The notes below the pieces were generated by a model, which was not told the DNA's origin, ran no database searches, and saw nothing but the letters and a program-made list of their open reading frames with translations. Shown piece after piece: positions 58,394-64,000 of a stretch of DNA of 64,000 nucleotides; positions within the stretch are counted from its first letter, which is position 1; each line of letters opens with the position of its first letter. Source of the stretch: Hyphomicrobiaceae bacterium (GTDB lineage: Bacteria; Pseudomonadota; Alphaproteobacteria; Rhizobiales; Hyphomicrobiaceae). The stretch is from the NCBI GenBank assembly GCA_041745515.1, contig JBGTIU010000202.1:1145-65144 (forward strand). Direction: 5' to 3'. The translations under genes and the position numbers were made by a program.

Positions 58394-59386
58394 TCACTTC
58401 AAATCGAGAGCAGCGTCGTGCACTCGTCGACCCAGTTCACCAGAGTTCTTGAGGAATTCCACGCGAACTGTCTCCGCGGAGTCGCGGAACGCCTGCATCT
58501 CGCTGACGGTCGGCACGACAATTGTCATTTTATGCTGGCGGCCGGCTTCGATGGCTTCCCGCTCAATCAGCATAAGATCTTTGCGAAGTTTCAACTCTGC
58601 TTTTGCCGCGGCGTCGGCGATGATGGTTCGCTCGGCGTCCGAAAGCGCCTGAAACATCTTTTCGTTGATGACAACCACAAATTCGATCACACCCAAATTC
58701 GTGACTGTCACAGTATCCATGACTTCCCACAACTTGCGCGACCTGATCGTGTCGGCATTTGTCATGCCGATCTCCACGACACCGCGCTGATAGGCCGAAT
58801 ATTGCTCTCCGCCAGATACTTCCACGGGCGATCCGCCGTTGCCGATGACCCAGATACGAGCCAACCTACCAGTCACATGAACCCGCTTGCCCTTTACGTC
58901 GGCCGGCGATCTGACGGCATTGCCCGACCTGCTCAAGAGCACCGCTCCGCCGTATGCCTGCCACCACAACACTCGCGCGCCGGTGATGGCGATGGCCTCG
59001 TCGATGGGGCCGCGAACGGTAGAGCCCGACGCCACGGCAGCGCGAAGCTTTTCGTCCGTGTCGAACAGAAACGGCACAGAGAATACATCCACCGCTGGAA
59101 CGGTGCCGGCGTAACGAGCGATCGACACGACTCCCATGTCGATCTGGCCGGTAGCGACCGCGACGGGCACCTCCTTGTCGCTAAAAAGCTGGCCGCTATC
59201 GAAGATCTGTATCTCAAGATTACCGTTCGTCGCTTTTTCGACCTCGGTCTTGAACTTCAAGATGTTCTTACCCAAGGTGCTCGACATCGGTAGCTGTATT
59301 GTCAGGCGCAAAGTCGTTTTCGCGCCGGCCGGCACAGCACCGGCCACAATCATGACCACCGCCAACAGCGTGGCCGCAACGCCCAT
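58394..59386 (-). CDS. TRAP transporter substrate-binding protein (DctP family)
   Basis: Signal peptide followed by a DctP-like fold (LRLTIQLPMSS...FSDKEVPVAVATGQIDMG). The ATG at 59386 with GGGGA upstream is preferred over the TTG at 59443. Confidence 0.85.
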   Translation of the reverse strand: MGVAATLLAVVMIVAGAVPAGAKTTLRLTIQLPMSSTLGKNILKFKTEVEKATNGNLEIQIFDSGQLFSDKEVPVAVATGQIDMGVVSIARYAGTVPAVDVFSVPFLFDTDEKLRAAVASGSTVRGPIDEAIAITGARVLWWQAYGGAVLLSRSGNAVRSPADVKGKRVHVTGRLARIWVIGNGGSPVEVSGGEQYSAYQRGVVEIGMTNADTIRSRKLWEVMDTVTVTNLGVIEFVVVINEKMFQALSDAERTIIADAAAKAELKLRKDLMLIEREAIEAGRQHKMTIVVPTVSEMQAFRDSAETVRVEFLKNSGELGRRVHDAALDLK

Positions 59387-59526
59387 TAAACGGTCCCCAA
59401 CAATTGAAAACAGCAGACCGCGCAGTGCGGTACTTATGTGCAAGTCAGCGTTGCTGACGTATTCGCTGGAGCTTGCCAGATGCCAACAGGGGTATCAAGG
59501 TCCGCGATCGAACCCCCGGAATCGCC

Positions 59527-60024
59527 ATGCGCATCGCGCTCTATCAGCCGGATATCCCGCAGAACACCGGCACTATTCTGCGTATGGCAGCTTGCTTTGG
59601 AGTTCCCGTCGATGTGATCGGTCCCGCAGGCTTCGACTTTTCTGAGCGTTCGCTGCGTCGGGCCGGGCTCGACTATCTCCGTCACGTCACCCTCGCGCGG
59701 CACGAAAGCTGGGAGGCTTTTAACAGTGCGCGAATGACAAGCCGTGCGTCACGGCTTGTCCTAGCAACGTCCCGAGGCGCGATTCCCTACACCTCGTTTG
59801 TCTTTGCAGCTGCCGATATCTTGTTGTTCGGGCGAGAAAGTGCCGGTGTTCCCGATGCCATTCACACAGCCGCCGACGCATGTATCGTCGTGCCGATGCG
59901 GCCGAGTCTTCGCTCCCTTAACATCGCTGTGGCAGCGGCGATCGTAACCGGCGAAGCGCTGCGTCAGACCCGCGGGTTTTCCGAAGGTTCAGCGATCGCT
60001 TCGCCGAGAATCCCGGTTCGCTGA
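59527..60024 (+). CDS. trmL: tRNA (cytidine/uridine-2'-O-)-methyltransferase TrmL (SpoU/TrmH class)
   Basis: MRIALYQPDIPQNTGTILRMAACFG...SLNIAVAAAIV. Confidence 0.88.
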   Translation: MRIALYQPDIPQNTGTILRMAACFGVPVDVIGPAGFDFSERSLRRAGLDYLRHVTLARHESWEAFNSARMTSRASRLVLATSRGAIPYTSFVFAAADILLFGRESAGVPDAIHTAADACIVVPMRPSLRSLNIAVAAAIVTGEALRQTRGFSEGSAIASPRIPVR

Positions 60025-60033
60025 ATCGGCCAG

Positions 60034-61254
60034 TCAGCTGCCGATCTCACCACTCAGAATGTCGCCGAAACGATCCCATTGCGCGCCGTTGAAGCGCATC
60101 AGTTGCATCTGCTCGATGGGGAAGAAGTCGGCCGGATTGCTGTTCAGTTTTATGCCGGGCAGCAGCATCTCCAGCTGTACGTCCCTGAGCGCCGCCGCCT
60201 GCCGCATGACATTGGAGCGCGTCAGATCGTTGCCGCACTGAAGCAGGACTTGCACCATGGTTTGCGCGGCGGAATAGCCGTAGGTCGTGAACGTCGAGGT
60301 GCGGTCGCCCTCCGGGTAGTACTTCTGCATGAAGGCCGACCAGGCCTTGAAGCCGATGTCGTCCTTCCAGGCGCTGTCGGTAGGATCCTTTTGATAAGTA
60401 GTAGAAATAACATCCTTGGCATTCTCCAAACCGGCCGCTTTCAGTACGCCACCCACCGAGTTTGATACGTTGTTGAGGATATGCACCGGCTTCCAGCCAA
60501 TCTCCGCCAGTTTCTTGATGGCCTGGGCGGCAAATTTCGGAGTGGCGATATTGATGAATAGATCGGTGCCGGCGGCCTTCAATTTCAGGATCTGGGAATC
60601 GATGGTCGGCTCGGCCACCTCGTAGGGCGCTTCCGCGACGATCATGCTGGCGGCCTTGGCACCGAGCCCGTCCTTCAGGCCTTTCATCAGGTCCTTGCCG
60701 TAATCGTCGTTCTGGAACAGCACGCCGATCTTGGCGGCAGGATGCCTGTCCAGAATGTACTTGGCGTAGATCCGCCCTTCGCTCTGGTAATTCGGCTGCC
60801 AGCCCATTGTCCAAGGAAAGTCCTTAGGGTCGCCGAACTTGGTTGCGCCGGTCGCAACGAACAGCTGCGGCACCTTCTTTGCGTTCATGTATTTCTGGAT
60901 GGCCGTGTTGGAAGCGGTTCCGAGTGGCTGCATGATGGCCAACACCTCGTCGCTCTCGACAAGCTTGCGTGCCTGCTCGACCGCCTTCGGCGGGCTGTAG
61001 GCGTCGTCATAGGAAATGAACTTGATCTTGCGACCATTGATGCCGCCTTCTGCGTTGATCTTGTCGAAGTAGGCGCCGATGGTCTTGCCGATGGTGCCGT
61101 AGGCGGACGCCGGTCCGCTGTAGGGCATGATGTTGCCGATCTTGATTTCGGCGTCGCTGGCACCGGTATCGTACTTCGATTGTGCGAGGGCCGGCGCATT
61201 GACTAAAGCGACCCCTAGCGCCGCTGCGAGCAGCCAGCTCGATTGCAAGGACAT
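60034..61254 (-). CDS. Branched-chain amino acid type ABC transporter substrate-binding protein (LivK/LivJ-like)
   Basis: Signal peptide plus a type-I periplasmic binding fold. A perfect AGGAGG lies 6 nt before the ATG at 61254. Confidence 0.9.
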   Translation of the reverse strand: MSLQSSWLLAAALGVALVNAPALAQSKYDTGASDAEIKIGNIMPYSGPASAYGTIGKTIGAYFDKINAEGGINGRKIKFISYDDAYSPPKAVEQARKLVESDEVLAIMQPLGTASNTAIQKYMNAKKVPQLFVATGATKFGDPKDFPWTMGWQPNYQSEGRIYAKYILDRHPAAKIGVLFQNDDYGKDLMKGLKDGLGAKAASMIVAEAPYEVAEPTIDSQILKLKAAGTDLFINIATPKFAAQAIKKLAEIGWKPVHILNNVSNSVGGVLKAAGLENAKDVISTTYQKDPTDSAWKDDIGFKAWSAFMQKYYPEGDRTSTFTTYGYSAAQTMVQVLLQCGNDLTRSNVMRQAAALRDVQLEMLLPGIKLNSNPADFFPIEQMQLMRFNGAQWDRFGDILSGEIGS

Positions 61255-61283
61255 TAGATTCCTCCTCAACATTTATTGGTGCT

Positions 61284-62276
61284 TTACGAATCAGTCGCGC
61301 GATTCGACTGCAGGCGATGATAGAGCCCGCCGGCGCCTTTCGGCATCAGATAGATCAGCAGGATTAGGATGAGCCCGTAAACGGCGCCAGACAAGCCCTT
61401 CGATATGTGCTCGGCCACATTCGGCACGAACATGACAAAGGCGCCGCCGACAAAACAGCCGGGCAGCCAGCCAACGCCGCCGACCACCAGCCCAACCAGG
61501 ATCGCGACCGACAGCGTCAAGGTGAAGCTATCCGGCGCCACGAACTGCACCGCAATCGCGCCGAGCGCTCCGGCAACGCCGGCGTACAGGGCGCTAACGC
61601 CGAAGGTCGTGATCTTGTAGAGCGCCGCGTTGATGCCCATGGCTTTCGCCGCCAGGGGATTGTCTTTGATCGCCTTGATCGCTCGGCCGGTGCGGCTGTT
61701 TGTGAGATTTCGCGCCAGTCGGAGCAGCAGCAGTGCTATGGCAAGCGTCACGAAGTAGAGCCACTGATCCTGCGTCAGCGGCAGTCCGAGCGGAGCATGT
61801 GGCTTGGTAATTACAATGCCCTGAACGCCACCTGTCCAGCGCTCGAGCGGCGACAATTTCAGCACCTGTGGCGTAGCGACGGCGAGTGCAAATGTTGCCA
61901 GCGCCAAATAGATTGCCTCGAGACGCAGGGCCGGCAATCCGAACAGAAAACCTGCGATGAAGCACACGGCTCCGGCGGCCGGAAGGGTCAGCAAATATGT
62001 GAAACCGCCATGCTCCATCATGATCGCAGCAGTGTAGGCGCCGATGGCATAGAAAGCCCCGTGCCCCAATGAGAACTGACCATTGAAGCCGGTCAGCAGA
62101 TTGAGCCCCATGATTGCAATCGCGTAAACCAGCACCATCGTAAGCTGGAACGTGACAAAGCCCTTGACGACGAACGGCGCGATCAGGGCGGCTGCGACCA
62201 TGACGAGTGGCAGCATGCGCGAGGCGCTCCGGCGCTCAGACCCTGATACTGTTTGCGCTTCCGTGCTCACGATCAC
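61284..62276 (-). CDS. livM: Branched-chain amino acid ABC transporter permease
   Basis: LivM-like TM pattern. The GTG start at 62276 overlaps the livH stop (GTGA). Confidence 0.88.
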   Translation of the reverse strand: MIVSTEAQTVSGSERRSASRMLPLVMVAAALIAPFVVKGFVTFQLTMVLVYAIAIMGLNLLTGFNGQFSLGHGAFYAIGAYTAAIMMEHGGFTYLLTLPAAGAVCFIAGFLFGLPALRLEAIYLALATFALAVATPQVLKLSPLERWTGGVQGIVITKPHAPLGLPLTQDQWLYFVTLAIALLLLRLARNLTNSRTGRAIKAIKDNPLAAKAMGINAALYKITTFGVSALYAGVAGALGAIAVQFVAPDSFTLTLSVAILVGLVVGGVGWLPGCFVGGAFVMFVPNVAEHISKGLSGAVYGLILILLIYLMPKGAGGLYHRLQSNRATDS

Positions 62277-63151
62277 ACCCGCTGCACGGTGGTGCGGCCG
62301 AACAGTCCGCCGGGCTTCAGGACGAGCACGCTGACGATGACCAGCAGGGCCAGCGGCAGTTTGAGTTCTCCGCCAATGACTGGAATGTACGTGCCCGCCA
62401 AATTTTCGAGGATACCGACAAGAAAGCCGCCGAGCACCGCGCCGCCAGGGCTTGTCAACCCGCCGAGCACCGCGCCGGCAAAGCCGTAGAGCAGGATGCC
62501 GAGCATCATGTTGGGTTCGAGAAAGACGACGGGCGCGATCAGCATTCCGGCGATGGCGCCGACAGCGGACGCCATGCCCCAGCCGAGCGCCGCCATCCAA
62601 CCGACCCGGATGCCGACAAGCCGCGCCGACGTCGGGTTCTCGGCGGCGGCTCTCATTGCGAGTCCGATTCTTGTATGACGGAAGAACAGGTAGAGCGCCA
62701 CCAGCAGCGCCAGCGTAACGGCGATCATGCCGGCCTGATGCGAACCGACCAGCGACGAACCGAACAGCGGCCTCGTGCCGAACGGGGTCGGAAACGGTTT
62801 GATTGAGAAATCCCAGATGAAACCGGCCGTGCTGTTCAACACCGTGAACAACGCGATGAAGACGACGACATGGCTGAGCACAGGGGCGTTGTGCAGAGGC
62901 TTGAATACGATGCGCTCAATAGCCAATCCACCCATGAATGATAACCCGATCGTAGCGATAAATGCAGCCCAATAGGGCAGGCCCCACGCCATCAGCTGCC
63001 ACGCGATGAACGTAGAGATCATCGCCATCTCGCCTTGTGCAAAATTCAGATGATCGATCGCCTGATAAATCATGACAATTGCCAACGCCATGCAGGCATA
63101 GATGCTTCCCGTGGCGACTCCGGCGACGACCTGCTGCAGGAATAGTTCCAT
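62273..63151 (-). CDS. livH: Branched-chain amino acid ABC transporter permease
   Basis: MELFLQQVVAGVATGSIYACMALAIVMIY... Confidence 0.92.
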   Translation of the reverse strand: MELFLQQVVAGVATGSIYACMALAIVMIYQAIDHLNFAQGEMAMISTFIAWQLMAWGLPYWAAFIATIGLSFMGGLAIERIVFKPLHNAPVLSHVVVFIALFTVLNSTAGFIWDFSIKPFPTPFGTRPLFGSSLVGSHQAGMIAVTLALLVALYLFFRHTRIGLAMRAAAENPTSARLVGIRVGWMAALGWGMASAVGAIAGMLIAPVVFLEPNMMLGILLYGFAGAVLGGLTSPGGAVLGGFLVGILENLAGTYIPVIGGELKLPLALLVIVSVLVLKPGGLFGRTTVQRV

Positions 63152-63159
63152 TGCCGCTT

Positions 63160-63873
63160 TTAAGCCCCCAGATAGGCGCTGCGCACGCGCTCGTTCTGCG
63201 CAAACGCCCCTGCTGCCCCCGACAGCACGACGCGGCCGGTCTCCAGGAGATACGCAACATCGGCCAGCGCCAGCGCCAAGGCGGCATTCTGCTCGACGAT
63301 CAGCATCGCGACGTTCTCCTCGCGGCGGACGCGCGTGAGAATGGCAAACAGATTGCGAACGACGAGGGGCGCCAAGCCGAACGAGGGCTCGTCGAGCAGA
63401 ATCAGGCGTGGCCGCAACATCAGAGCGCGGCCGATGGCCAGCATCTGCTGCTCACCGCCCGACAGCAGACCCGCGACCTGCGCGCGCCTCTCCTCCAGAA
63501 TCGGAAAGTAATCGTATACTTTGGTCATGTCGGCTTTGATCTGGCCGGTATCGCGCCGCGACATCGCGCCAAGGTTGAGATTCTCTGCGACAGTCATGCG
63601 CTGAAATGTGCCGCGCCCTTCCGGCACATGTGCAATGCCGAGCCGGGCGATATCCTCTGTCGATAACTCTTCGAGCGCGGCGCCTCCAAAGCGGATGCTG
63701 CCGCTTCGTCTAATCAGCCCGCAGATAGCCCGCAGCGTTGTCGTCTTACCGGCGCCATTGGCACCTAGCAGCGCGGTCACCCCGCCCTCGGCCACCGCCA
63801 GATCGGCCGCGTGCAGCACGTCGGCGCGACCGTACCCGGCGCCGAGGCCTTTGATCTGCAGTAGCGCCGTCAT
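63160..63873 (-). CDS. livF: Branched-chain amino acid ABC transporter ATP-binding protein
   Basis: Walker A GANGAGKTT, signature LSGGEQQML and Walker B ILLDEPS. Confidence 0.92.
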   Translation of the reverse strand: MTALLQIKGLGAGYGRADVLHAADLAVAEGGVTALLGANGAGKTTTLRAICGLIRRSGSIRFGGAALEELSTEDIARLGIAHVPEGRGTFQRMTVAENLNLGAMSRRDTGQIKADMTKVYDYFPILEERRAQVAGLLSGGEQQMLAIGRALMLRPRLILLDEPSFGLAPLVVRNLFAILTRVRREENVAMLIVEQNAALALALADVAYLLETGRVVLSGAAGAFAQNERVRSAYLGA

Positions 63874-64000
63874 GTGCCCGCCTCTGCACCGAGATAGGCT
63901 TCGATCACGGCAGGGTCGGCCTGCACGGCGGCCGGCGGCCCCTCAGCGAGTTTGCGGCCGAAATTCAGCGCCACCACCTTGTCGGACACCGACATGACGA
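63870..64000 (-). CDS. livG: Branched-chain amino acid ABC transporter ATP-binding protein, C-terminal fragment (the gene continues beyond the window)
   Basis: My own translation of the minus strand gives ...VMSVSDKVVALNFGRKLAEGPPAAVQADPAVIEAYLGAEAGT*. The stop overlaps the livF start (ATGA). Confidence 0.8.
   Translation of the reverse strand, partial: VMSVSDKVVALNFGRKLAEGPPAAVQADPAVIEAYLGAEAGT

Overview
This window looks like a 64-kb stretch of core chromosome from a high-GC alphaproteobacterium. Gene content and synteny look Rhizobiales / Bradyrhizobiaceae-like, but that is an inference, not a database result. I support about 58 protein-coding genes, packed tightly with many 1-4 nt stop/start overlaps.

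Main blocks:
- Left end (1-8.8 kb): envelope and miscellaneous genes. These are a TLC-like MFS transporter, an S11 DD-carboxypeptidase, a GST, a cupin, a CAP-domain lipoprotein, argG, a DsbA-like HCCA isomerase and small secreted proteins.
- 8.9-15.9 kb: a six-gene aerobic aromatic acyl-CoA cluster. It encodes a fused FAD-monooxygenase/OYE-reductase, MarR, an enoyl-CoA hydratase, an acyl-CoA dehydrogenase, an aryl-CoA ligase and RidA.
- 15.9-23.7 kb: the propionate branch (pccB, mutA, mutB), interrupted by an L,D-transpeptidase, a small membrane protein and a GFA-family gene.
- 23.7-28.8 kb: spoT-rpoZ-folK, an NYN-domain gene and a uracil-DNA glycosylase.
- 28.8-31.3 kb: a GNAT-SDR-peroxiredoxin unit that ends in a decayed peroxiredoxin copy.
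- 31.4-39.9 kb: smpB-dapA, Slt, a sigma-54-type response regulator, a YcbB-like L,D-transpeptidase and yqgE.
- 39.9-52.2 kb: a 12-kb minus-strand array of MFP, RND, SURF1, thrC, M16 peptidase, GNAT and a 7TM-PAS-GGDQF-EAL protein.
- 52.3-64.0 kb: a third L,D-transpeptidase, a TPR protein divergent from a repeat-domain secreted protein, DoxX, an ICL/PEP-mutase gene with an orphan TRAP binding protein, trmL, and a branched-chain amino-acid ABC operon truncated at the right edge.

I found no rRNA, tRNA, CRISPR array, transposase, integrase, phage gene or recognisable defence system, so the window is mostly ordinary core genome.

The best second-look candidates are modest:
- the uncharacterised secreted repeat protein and TPR pair (53.4-56.9 kb);
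- the NYN gene, whose third codon positions are unusually AT-rich, next to the stringent-response genes;
- L,D-transpeptidases with Tyr/Arg/Gly-rich tails;
- SURF1 translationally coupled to an RND pump;
- two roughly 90-nt intergenic hairpin elements;
- a full-consensus CtrA box;
- a decayed tandem peroxiredoxin.

The long antisense ORFs in the supplied track are high-GC shadow frames and are not called.
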